Assembly (NCBI GenBank): GCA_964435355.1
Contig: CAYSYL010000004.1
Span: 1-34,019, forward strand
Source: an uncultured Candidatus Peribacteria bacterium
GTDB taxonomy: Bacteria; Patescibacteriota; Gracilibacteria; UBA1369
Reading direction: 5' to 3'
DNA length: 34,019 nucleotides
This document shows positions 17,522-25,688 of the stretch, piece after piece (the first letter of the stretch is position 1; each line of letters opens with the position of its first letter). A program made the position numbers and the translations under genes. The notes beneath the pieces are model-generated. The model was not told the DNA's origin. It searched no databases and worked only from the letters and a program-made list of their open reading frames with translations.

Positions 17522-18236
17522 AAAAAGTTTTTATATTACTCGCCCTGTCTCCAATAATTTTTTCAGCTTTGAAAAGCGGAAAGAGCCGAAACTTTTTGTT
17601 CCCCCGCTTATTGATGGAAACATTGATGATGCGAGGGTTGGCAATCATATAGTGTTTGAAGATTTTGATGATAATGGGATTTTGCGCTCCTGCAAAGGGT
17701 TAGAGCAATTTATTAAGGGTATGTATCGACAGAGCATCCCCTTTTATATTTTTGATAATCATAACCATGCTTTCGCTTTTTGGCATAAGGAGATGATTGA
17801 AGGGAATCTTCGAAAGGGAACCCACCTTGTTCATATCGATGCTCATAAAGATACCCGCCAACCAGAAAAATTCTTGTCACTCGATGATGCGTCGTACCCA
17901 CAAAAAGTTTTCGAATACACTAACACAACATTAAATGTGGGGAATTTTATTCCAGCTGCCTGGCATACGCTGCTCGTGAAAAATACCACTTTTATTACTT
18001 CGCAATCAGAACTTGAAACTTTTGACGCTTCCTCTTTTTTAGAAAATAACGAACGCTTTATCCTGGATATTGATTTGGACTTTTTTGCTCCAGAACTTGA
18101 TTACATTAATAATCGGGATAAAGTCCGGCTGATACAAAAACTGATGGGAAGCGCTTCCGTTATCACTTTTGCCACTTCCCCTTTTTTTATCGATCAAGAA
18201 TTGGCGCTTTATTGGCTTCGAACTATTTGCGCTTGA
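17514..18236 (+). CDS. UPF0489-like protein (putative metal-dependent hydrolase fold)
   Basis: FDNHNHAFAFWHKEM ... THLVHIDAHKDTRQPE ... LDIDLDFFAPE resembles the His/Asp-rich motifs of the UPF0489 (C5orf22-like) family as I remember them. ATG 17514 overlaps the upstream stop by 8 nt. The ORF-track start at 17436 is probably too long. Confidence 0.55.
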   Translation: MYKKSFYITRPVSNNFFSFEKRKEPKLFVPPLIDGNIDDARVGNHIVFEDFDDNGILRSCKGLEQFIKGMYRQSIPFYIFDNHNHAFAFWHKEMIEGNLRKGTHLVHIDAHKDTRQPEKFLSLDDASYPQKVFEYTNTTLNVGNFIPAAWHTLLVKNTTFITSQSELETFDASSFLENNERFILDIDLDFFAPELDYINNRDKVRLIQKLMGSASVITFATSPFFIDQELALYWLRTICA

Positions 18237-18367
18237 TTAAAAGAGTTCTTTTGGACGGCCTTTTAGAAATCCACCAGTATTAAAAGGGTAGAGATACTGA
18301 AAATCGCGATTAATATTATGATGGCCCAGCTTTTATATTTTTTCATTGGGGAAATATTTGTGGAGTA

Positions 18368-19363
18368 CTAACGGATATGAGTATCCCAGTACTCCATCAT
18401 TTTGGCAATTACTTTGGCTGCCTCTCCTCGAGTTATCGGTCGGTTCGGATCAAAATTTCCGTTTCCGATTCCCTGAATCAATCCTATCTCGTGGGCCCGT
18501 TCTATCCATCCCACACTCCAGCCTGAAACGTCTCGAAAGAAAGACTCACGGGTATATGTGGGATCGTATCCATACGTTGCCAAAATCACTTTTACTGCTT
18601 CCGCACGGGTAATCGAACGATTTGGGCGGAAATGGTTATAGTTATAGCCTTCAACTATGCCTCGGTCCCATGCCGTTCGAATCCAGGGTCCTTGCCATCG
18701 ATCCAAATCTCGAAAAGGACTTCCACAATCATTGTCATAACATCCTTTTTTTTGCGGTATTTTTTTGGAATGCAGAGCCATTTTTACTAGTTCAGCCCGT
18801 GTTATTTGCTGATTTGGACGGAAAGTCCTATCGGAATATCCTTCCGTAATACAAAGGTCGTATAAACGACGCACATAGATTTCGGCCCAATGATTATCAA
18901 TATCACGCGGATACGGACGTTTATTGCATTTACTTACATTTCCAGGATTGGTTGGGTTTGTCGGGTTCTTTGGATTATCAGGATTTAAAACGTTGATTAT
19001 TTCGGGACGGATAATAATTTGAGGCTTTGGGTTAACGATAGTCGGTTTGGCTGGAATATAAGGACGAACTGGCTTTGGATTGACGATAGTGGGTGTCGCC
19101 GGCGTGTAGGGCCGTGGAGTTGGATTTTCTATGGTTGGATTTGCCGGGGTATATGGGCGTGTGGTGGGGCTTACTATGGTTGGTTTGGCTGGCGTATAGG
19201 GTCTCGGGGGATTGAGAAACTGTATGGCCTTTGGATTTATTTCAATTCTAGGCTTTATGGTTGGGTTGGTTGGAGTGTATGGCCTTGTGGCTGCCTCCAC
19301 CGTTATTGGAAGTATAAATCCAAGAATGAGTATGGCCTTAATGAGCGGATTAAGTTTTCTCAT
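18368..19363 (-). CDS. Secreted envelope protein: Pro-rich repeat spacer plus three SLH domains
   Basis: Signal peptide MRKLNPLIKAILILGFILPITVEA. Five RPY(T/I)PxxPTI repeats follow. Then come three SLH domains: HWAEIYVRRLYDLCITEGYSDRTFRPNQQITRAELVKM, WQGPWIRTAWDRGIVEGYNYNHFRPNRSITRAEAVKV and GWSVGWIERAHEIGLIQGIGNGNFDPNRPITRGEAAKV. Confidence 0.87.
   Translation of the reverse strand: MRKLNPLIKAILILGFILPITVEAATRPYTPTNPTIKPRIEINPKAIQFLNPPRPYTPAKPTIVSPTTRPYTPANPTIENPTPRPYTPATPTIVNPKPVRPYIPAKPTIVNPKPQIIIRPEIINVLNPDNPKNPTNPTNPGNVSKCNKRPYPRDIDNHWAEIYVRRLYDLCITEGYSDRTFRPNQQITRAELVKMALHSKKIPQKKGCYDNDCGSPFRDLDRWQGPWIRTAWDRGIVEGYNYNHFRPNRSITRAEAVKVILATYGYDPTYTRESFFRDVSGWSVGWIERAHEIGLIQGIGNGNFDPNRPITRGEAAKVIAKMMEYWDTHIR
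19019..19285 (-). repeat. In-frame coding tandem repeats (about 45-48 bp) encoding RPYTPAxPTIVNPxP units
   Basis: Repeat units start at residues R27, R54, R69, R84 and R100 of the SLH protein. The antisense strand gives a spurious Trp/Gly-rich ORF (19019-19375 +). Confidence 0.75.
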
Positions 19364-19524
19364 AAATTTTGGTGATATTTTTAATTAAGATAGGTAATAA
19401 ATCATATTTTTACAATTATGTCAAATTAATTTTGCTAAAAGGGCGCATTCACTAACGCAAAGTAATAATCTCACGTGGGGAGAGCCTCCTTCAGACAATA
19501 TCCCGTCATGTATGCGTAGGAGAT

Positions 19525-19998
19525 TTAATAGTGGTATGTTTTCCCTGTCATGATGGTGAATCCACGATAGAGTTGTTCTAATAACAATACCCGAATCATT
19601 TCGTGGGTAAAGGTAAAAGCTGAAAAAGAGAGCTGAAGATGTGCCTTTTGAAAGATGGAATCGGCTAATCCGTAAGGACCGCCTATTATAAAAGTGATAA
19701 CGCCTCCTTCAAAGTTTTTGTTTTTTTCAAGTAGTTGAGCGAATTTTTCAGAAGTAAAACTTTTACCCTTTTCCGTTAGCGAAATTACATAGTTTCCTTT
19801 TTCGAGATGTTTCCCAATCTCTTCCGCCTCTTTTTTTTTCGTGATTTCACGTTCAGAGTTACTAGTAGCGACTGGGCCTTCCTTCAATGTTATAGTGCGT
19901 ATTTCGGCGTATGGTTTTAATCTTTTAACATATTCCCTCTCCGCTTCTGAAAAGTATGATGCTTTTGTTTTTCCAATCTGAATAACGGTTATTTTCAT
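19525..19998 (-). CDS. rlmH: 23S rRNA (pseudouridine1915-N3)-methyltransferase
   Basis: 157 aa with SPOUT/RlmH architecture: MKITVIQIGKTK ... FIIGGPYGL ... LSFSAFTFTHEMIRVLLLEQLYR. Confidence 0.9.
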   Translation of the reverse strand: MKITVIQIGKTKASYFSEAEREYVKRLKPYAEIRTITLKEGPVATSNSEREITKKKEAEEIGKHLEKGNYVISLTEKGKSFTSEKFAQLLEKNKNFEGGVITFIIGGPYGLADSIFQKAHLQLSFSAFTFTHEMIRVLLLEQLYRGFTIMTGKTYHY

Positions 19999-20070
19999 GG
20001 GCTTATTGTAGCATAATCTGGTAAGGACTCTTTTATCGTTTTATAATGGGACTGTTTTTAACTTTTTTTT

Positions 20071-20583
20071 ATGGCCTCAGATCATACCTTTGATATTGTT
20101 TGCCAGTTTGATCGGCAAGAACTGGTCAATGCCCTTGACCAAGCCCGACGTGAAATCGCTACGCGCTATGATTTCAAGGATTCTCATGCGGAAATAACCC
20201 TCAATGAAAATCAAAAAGAGGGTGGAGATAATATTACAGTTTTAGCCCCCGATTCCATGAAAATGGAAGCCGTGAAAGGAATGCTCCTGCAGAAGCTTAT
20301 TAATCGAAAACTTTCCCCTAAAATTTTACAATTTGGCGAACCCGAGCCGGCTGCCGGTGGAGCTCTTCGTCTCGTTATAAAGCTGCTTAAAAACCTTGAC
20401 CAAAAACAATGCAAAGAGATTAGCGGGTTAATTCGCGATAATTTTTCGAAAGTAAAACCGGCAATTCAAGGAGACAGTGTCCGGGTTTCTTCCAAGAATA
20501 TTGATGACTTACAAAGCGTGATTGAATTTTTGCGCACTCATCCGTCTCTTCCGATGCCTCTCGATTTTATTAATTTCCGGTAG
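20071..20583 (+). CDS. yajQ: YajQ-family nucleotide-binding protein (UPF0234)
   Basis: The N-terminus SDHTFDIVCQFDRQELVNALDQARREIATRYDFKDS, and the ~170-aa length, are characteristic of YajQ. Confidence 0.87.
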   Translation: MASDHTFDIVCQFDRQELVNALDQARREIATRYDFKDSHAEITLNENQKEGGDNITVLAPDSMKMEAVKGMLLQKLINRKLSPKILQFGEPEPAAGGALRLVIKLLKNLDQKQCKEISGLIRDNFSKVKPAIQGDSVRVSSKNIDDLQSVIEFLRTHPSLPMPLDFINFR

Positions 20584-20597
20584 AATTTTTTGTACTT

Positions 20598-22079
20598 ATG
20601 GCCCTTAAGCGTGATGATATTATTGAGCTGTTTATTGATGATCTGGCCTTCGGAGGGGAAGGAGTCGGCCATTTGCTCGTCGAAGATAAACGGTTTGCCA
20701 TATTCGTTGAGGACACTGTGCCCGGCGATCGGGTGAAAGTAAAAATAGGCGGGAAGAAAAAAAACTATGCTTATGGTTACGTACAGGCTTTTTTAGAAAA
20801 ATCTCCCCTAAGAATTACTCCCCGTTGCCCCCATTTCAATGAAGGCTGCGGCGGGTGCAGTTTGCAATCTTTGCCTTATAAGAACCAATTGAAAATAAAG
20901 GAGCAACAGGTCAAAGAAGCCCTCAAGAGAATTGGGGGAATGGATCCAAAGCATGTGGAAACGTTAGTTCGACCTATTATCGGGTGCGAAAAGGAGTGGT
21001 TTTATCGTAATAAGATGGAGTTTAGTTTTACCAAGGAGGCTGATGGAAACGTCGGATTAGGTCTTCATTTAAAACGTCGTCACCATGATCTTGTGGAACT
21101 GCAAGAGTGCTTTTTACTTGAACCTTATATTGGGTCTCTGGTTGAAGCGACGCGAAATTTTTTCCGTACATTGCTCAAAGCCGGCCATCTTTCGGAAGGG
21201 CGATTGGAATCTTTCGTTGTGCGGGAAGGGAAACATACCGGCGAGATTATGGTGCATCTCATTGTCGAAAATAGCACTGCGGATTTTTTTGACTCTTTTA
21301 CCACTATGATTCTCGATTATTTTGAGAAAAAAACTGGAGCTGAAATGAAAGGGAAAAAACTTGTTTCGATATATGGGACTATTGTTCATAACATGAAAGG
21401 ACAGCCTAAGCGAAGAATAGAAAAACTTTTATGGGGAGAAAAAACCATTCACGAATATATGGAACTTCCGGGCGGCCAAAAATTGATGTTTGAAATTTTG
21501 CCTCAAGCCTTTTTTCAACCCAATACTTATCAGGCAGAAATTCTTTATACTAAAGTTTTGGAGGCTTCCGGACTCTTGAAGAGTTCTCAACATTCTCCTT
21601 TCATTTTGAGCGAATCAGCTACCGTACCGCAAAAATCTCCCGAGATACTTTTCGATCTTTTTTGCGGGACAGGAACTATCGGGCTTTTTTGCGCTCCGTT
21701 CGTTAAAAAAGTTTACGGTATTGAGTTGAATGAAAGCGCCGTTGAAAACGCTCGAGCCAATGCCATCCTCAATAATATTTCCACGATCGAGTTTTTGGCG
21801 GGGGATGTTGAAAAAGTTATCTCCCGACTTCCCAATACGGCAGATGTTGTTATTCTCGATCCTCCCCGGGGAGGGCTTCTTCCAGGGATGGTGGAAAAAG
21901 TTCTCCGGATAAAATCTCCTACCCTTGTGTATGTATCGTGCAACCCGACAGCGTTGGCCCGTGATGCCAAGCTTTTAGCTGAAAATTACATTTTACAAAA
22001 CGTTCAACCCGTCGATATGTTCCCCCAGACATATCATATTGAATGTGTCGCGAGGTTTAAGCTTCGAGACGATCTTTAG
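20598..22079 (+). CDS. rlmD: 23S rRNA (uracil-C5)-methyltransferase, RumA/RlmD family
   Basis: N-terminal TRAM domain (GEGVGHL ... VPGDRVKVKI). Fe-S cluster cysteines CPHFNEGCGGCSLQ. Motifs FFQPNTYQAE, DLFCGTGTIGL, DPPRGG and YVSCNPTALARD. Confidence 0.9.
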   Translation: MALKRDDIIELFIDDLAFGGEGVGHLLVEDKRFAIFVEDTVPGDRVKVKIGGKKKNYAYGYVQAFLEKSPLRITPRCPHFNEGCGGCSLQSLPYKNQLKIKEQQVKEALKRIGGMDPKHVETLVRPIIGCEKEWFYRNKMEFSFTKEADGNVGLGLHLKRRHHDLVELQECFLLEPYIGSLVEATRNFFRTLLKAGHLSEGRLESFVVREGKHTGEIMVHLIVENSTADFFDSFTTMILDYFEKKTGAEMKGKKLVSIYGTIVHNMKGQPKRRIEKLLWGEKTIHEYMELPGGQKLMFEILPQAFFQPNTYQAEILYTKVLEASGLLKSSQHSPFILSESATVPQKSPEILFDLFCGTGTIGLFCAPFVKKVYGIELNESAVENARANAILNNISTIEFLAGDVEKVISRLPNTADVVILDPPRGGLLPGMVEKVLRIKSPTLVYVSCNPTALARDAKLLAENYILQNVQPVDMFPQTYHIECVARFKLRDDL

Positions 22080-22336
22080 TCTTTCTTGAAAAATCCTTTC
22101 TTTTTTGGTTTTTCGGGAGCATTGAGGGCCAGTCCCCTTACTCCAGCGAGAACTACAAAAGCTAACAATAAGTTGGCTGACTCAAAACCCTGGGACATGA
22201 TTTGGAAAAAGAGCGGAGGAAGCTTTGGAGGCTCAAACTGGCTCCAGACAAACAGGACAATACTTCCCAGAAGCTGAATAAAGAAGGCGACACCTACTAT
22301 CCAACTGAGAATGTTGATGAATTTTTTGTTAAACAT
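22076..22336 (-). CDS. Small membrane protein, unknown function
   Basis: 86-aa ORF with two hydrophobic helices and a Lys-rich tail. It converges on rlmD and overlaps its end by 4 nt. Confidence 0.45.
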   Translation of the reverse strand: MFNKKFINILSWIVGVAFFIQLLGSIVLFVWSQFEPPKLPPLFFQIMSQGFESANLLLAFVVLAGVRGLALNAPEKPKKKGFFKKD

Positions 22337-22507
22337 ATGTGTTTTGTATTAAGAAATTTAGTACCCTTGGAAAAGTCCATTTTCTGCGTTACCGGGAAAT
22401 AGTGTAATTTTTTTATCGTTTTTTGACAAGAACTCCTAATAATCTTCTTTTTCAGCCACATCTCTTATTTTCGTCAATACAACTCAATGGGGGAAACTCG
22501 TTTTTTT

Positions 22508-22516
22508 TGCTATAAT
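22508..22516 (+). promoter_or_regulatory. Extended -10 promoter element upstream of lon
   Basis: TGcTATAAT matches TGnTATAAT, 41 nt upstream of ATG 22557. It is embedded in the 15-bp palindrome TTGCTATAATAGCAA (22507-22521). No good -35 element is present. Confidence 0.45.
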
Positions 22517-22556
22517 AGCAAGATAACTTTTTATTTTACTCTTCATCTCGAAGATT

Positions 22557-24953
22557 ATGCCCAGCGTCATCCCTTCTCCTTCCAACACATCTACCGAAGA
22601 AAAAGATTATAAAATGCCCCTTGAAATCACCGTAATCCCTATTAAGGATATTGTGATTTTTCCGTCTATGGTTATGACGATTTATCTCCATAGTCAGCCA
22701 TTGATAGATGCTGTTCAGGAAGCCCATAAGCACCAGGAACTGGTGGGCCTTATTACCGAAAAAAATCCGGGAATCGGCGATTCGAAACTTTACACTACCG
22801 GAACGAGCGCCACTATTTTACAAGTCATTGCGGGCACTGCTCCGGGAGAAGCTATGGTTCTTGTCGAAGGAATCAGCCGTTTCACTGTTGTGGAGTTCCT
22901 TCAGTATGCTCCTTTCACTGTTGCCCATGTTGAACCGATTGTCGAACCGGAAGCTATGACCCTGGATCTTCAGGCAAGTGTTGAAGAACTTAAAGCCCTC
23001 ATAAAAATTGCTTCGAATGAAGGAAAAACCCTTCCTCCTGAGCTTATCGTCGGGCTTGAAAAACTTACCCTTGTCGATCAGGTAGCGGATCTTGCCTGTT
23101 CGTACCTTACCCTGGATGTTGATAAAAAACAGGAGCTCCTCGGGATTACCGATCCCGCTATCCGGATTTCAAAAATAATGGAGTATCTTCAAAAAGAGAT
23201 ACAGCTCATTAAGATTCGCCAAAAAATTCATACGGATGTGTCACAGGAGATCAATAAGAATGAACGGAATTTTTTGCTCCGTCAGGAGTTGAAAGCTATT
23301 AAGAAAGAGCTGGGAGAAGAGTCGGGTGAGATGGGTATGATGGAAGGGATGGGCGATTCTCAGCAGTTAAAAGAGTTGCATGATCGTATTTCACTAGCCA
23401 GCATGCCGCCTGACGTTGAAAAAATAGCTCAAAAGGAGTTAGACCGGCTTAAAAGAATGTTCGCCTTCTCGCCTGAGTTTTCCATGGCCAGGACGTATAT
23501 CGAGTGGCTTTGCGATATGCCGTGGAACAAAAGTTCTCCTTCCCGCGTCGACGTTAAAAAGGCCCGAGAGATTTTGGATGAGGATCACTATGGTCTGGAA
23601 AAAATCAAAGAAAGAATTTTGGAGTATTTATCGGTATGTCAGTTGAAGAAAAATTGCGGGGCTACTATTTTATGTTTCGTCGGGCCTCCAGGAGTTGGCA
23701 AAACTTCCCTTGGAAAATCTGTCGCGCGAGCCCTCGGACGACAGTTTATCCGTACGTCTCTCGGAGGGATACGGGATGAAGCTGATATTCGTGGCCATCG
23801 ACGTACCTATGTCGGGGCCATGCCGGGACGCATTATTCAAAGTATTAAACGCGCGGGATGTCATGATCCTGTTTTTATGCTGGACGAAATCGACAAGATC
23901 GGACGTGATTTTCAAGGGGATCCGGCTTCCGCTCTTCTTGAAGTTTTGGATCCTGAGCAAAACTCCAGTTTTGCCGATCATTATCTGGATGTTCCTTTCG
24001 ACCTTTCGAAAGTGTTTTTTATTACCACGGCCAATGTTCTCGATACTATCCCCCCGGCTCTTTTGGATCGTATGGAAATTATCGAACTTTCGGGTTATAC
24101 CGCCGAAGAAAAACTGGTTATTGCTAAAAAATATCTTCTTCCACGACAACTCACTTTTAACGGGCTGGATGCTTTACCCTTTACGATGACGGACTGGGCT
24201 CTTCTTACCATTATCCGATCCCATACGAACGAGGCGGGGCTTCGCGAATTGGATCGTCAGATCGGAACGGTGTGCCGGAAGATCGCGAAAGATTACCTCG
24301 AAAAGAAAAAGGTGGTGACGACGGTTGGCGCCCACGACATAAAAAAATATTTGGGCATTGAGAAGTATGAGTTTGAGATGAAGCAGGAGGAAGATACGGT
24401 GGGAGTGGCTACAGGACTTGCCTGGACAGCTTCGGGAGGTGAGATTATTTTTATTGAGGCAACCAAAATGAAAGGCAATAAAAATCTTATTTTAACGGGG
24501 AGCCTGGGAGAAATAATGCAGGAATCGGCCCGTGCTGCCCTGAGTTATACCCGAAGCCATCAAAAAGAGTTGGGTGTTAAAGATCGCCTTTTTGAAACTT
24601 CCGATCTCCACATTCATGTTCCGGAAGGTGCTACGCCCAAAGATGGCCCATCGGCCGGGATTACTATTTGTACCGCCCTTGTCTCATTACTGACGGGGAA
24701 AAAAATCCGTCGGGATGTAGCTATGACGGGGGAAATTACTCTTACCGGACGAGTACTTCCGATCGGAGGGCTTAAGGAGAAGATTCTAGCCGCACGGCGC
24801 GCCGGGATAACAACGCTTATCATTCCAGAAAAAAATAAGAAAGATGTGTCTGAAATTCCTTCCCATCTTTTAAAGAATATCGACATTCACTATGTCTCTT
24901 TTGTAAAAGAGGTTTTAAAAATTGCCCTTCTTCCTGATATGAAACATACTTAG
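22557..24953 (+). CDS. lon: ATP-dependent Lon protease (LonA type)
   Basis: N-terminal LON domain (PLEITVIPIKDIVIFPSMV). Walker A GPPGVGKTSLGKS, Walker B VFMLDEIDK, catalytic Ser in PKDGPSAGITICTAL and Lys in GGLKEKILAARRAG. The start may instead be ATG 22614. Confidence 0.95.
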   Translation: MPSVIPSPSNTSTEEKDYKMPLEITVIPIKDIVIFPSMVMTIYLHSQPLIDAVQEAHKHQELVGLITEKNPGIGDSKLYTTGTSATILQVIAGTAPGEAMVLVEGISRFTVVEFLQYAPFTVAHVEPIVEPEAMTLDLQASVEELKALIKIASNEGKTLPPELIVGLEKLTLVDQVADLACSYLTLDVDKKQELLGITDPAIRISKIMEYLQKEIQLIKIRQKIHTDVSQEINKNERNFLLRQELKAIKKELGEESGEMGMMEGMGDSQQLKELHDRISLASMPPDVEKIAQKELDRLKRMFAFSPEFSMARTYIEWLCDMPWNKSSPSRVDVKKAREILDEDHYGLEKIKERILEYLSVCQLKKNCGATILCFVGPPGVGKTSLGKSVARALGRQFIRTSLGGIRDEADIRGHRRTYVGAMPGRIIQSIKRAGCHDPVFMLDEIDKIGRDFQGDPASALLEVLDPEQNSSFADHYLDVPFDLSKVFFITTANVLDTIPPALLDRMEIIELSGYTAEEKLVIAKKYLLPRQLTFNGLDALPFTMTDWALLTIIRSHTNEAGLRELDRQIGTVCRKIAKDYLEKKKVVTTVGAHDIKKYLGIEKYEFEMKQEEDTVGVATGLAWTASGGEIIFIEATKMKGNKNLILTGSLGEIMQESARAALSYTRSHQKELGVKDRLFETSDLHIHVPEGATPKDGPSAGITICTALVSLLTGKKIRRDVAMTGEITLTGRVLPIGGLKEKILAARRAGITTLIIPEKNKKDVSEIPSHLLKNIDIHYVSFVKEVLKIALLPDMKHT

Positions 24954-25009
24954 GAGCTTTTGCAGAAGGCTCTCTAAAAATTCAAGAACTGCCTCAATTT
25001 TCAGACTTT

Positions 25010-25636
25010 ATGACTGACCGCACGCTTTTTTTAGATTTTCACACCCAACGAGACTTTTTCCCGCCTAAGGGGCGACTTCCTTTTGAAGAAGCAGGAGAGA
25101 TTCGACCCCGTCTTCGACTCCTTACTCACCATGCCATTGTTACTAAAAGTTTTCTTGTGGCCTTTGTAGAGACACACTCTGCCTGTCATCACGCTATGTC
25201 GCCTTCTTTAAAAAAGACGGTCGATTTTTGCCTTGAAGGGTCTCGTGGCAGCGAAAAAATTCCCGAGACTTCCGTACCTGACTCATATTTTGTTCATGAG
25301 TTGAAGATGCGAAACTCTCTTAGTTCTTTTTTCAAAAAAAAGTCGCAACTTATTCTCCCTACTACTCATTTTAATGCTTTCGAAAAACCTGCCCTTTTGA
25401 ATGTACTGAAGAAAAGCGGGATTACAAAGGTCGTTCTTTTTGGCATTGGTCTTGAATATGGGATTGAAATGGCTGCCCTTCAGCTTTTAAAGGCCGGATT
25501 TTCCGTCTACATTCCTGTCGACGCTGTCGCCTGTATTAATCCGGCAAATCGTGAACCTGTTTTAAAAGAGCTTCATAAAGCTGGGGTACATATCTGGAAT
25601 ACTGAGTTTCTTATTACACCCGTTGTTCCCGGTTAG
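25010..25636 (+). CDS. Isochorismatase/nicotinamidase-fold protein, possibly lacking the catalytic Cys
   Basis: LFLDFHTQRDF resembles the VDxQNDF motif, HFNAFE resembles YSAF, and VVLFGIGLEYGIEMAALQLLKAGFSVYIPVDAVA resembles GxxxDxCVxxTAxDAxxxG. In my by-eye alignment the Cys position is Gly. Confidence 0.55.
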   Translation: MTDRTLFLDFHTQRDFFPPKGRLPFEEAGEIRPRLRLLTHHAIVTKSFLVAFVETHSACHHAMSPSLKKTVDFCLEGSRGSEKIPETSVPDSYFVHELKMRNSLSSFFKKKSQLILPTTHFNAFEKPALLNVLKKSGITKVVLFGIGLEYGIEMAALQLLKAGFSVYIPVDAVACINPANREPVLKELHKAGVHIWNTEFLITPVVPG

Positions 25637-25688
25637 GTTGGCATCTACTAAAACCATGTTTTTTGTCGCGTGTGAGATGTAGAGAGAA

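Noticed and set aside
18263-18346. 27-aa hydrophobic minus-strand mini-ORF (MKKYKSWAIIILIAIFSISTLLILVDF) in the convergent intergenic gap
   Set aside because: It has no Shine-Dalgarno sequence and no conservation evidence, and it is too short to support from sequence alone.
19019-19375. 118-aa Trp/Gly-rich plus-strand ORF
   Set aside because: It is the antisense reading of the Pro-rich repeat region of the SLH protein gene, and its periodic composition mirrors those repeats.
23670-24189. 159-aa minus-strand and 164-aa plus-strand ORFs inside lon, and similar shadow ORFs elsewhere (for example 3735-4058, 6155-6553, 12219-12647, 21114-21389, 28382-28762, 29862-30140)
   Set aside because: All lie within, and out of frame with or antisense to, strongly supported conserved genes. 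They have low-complexity or odd composition, as expected for shadow ORFs.
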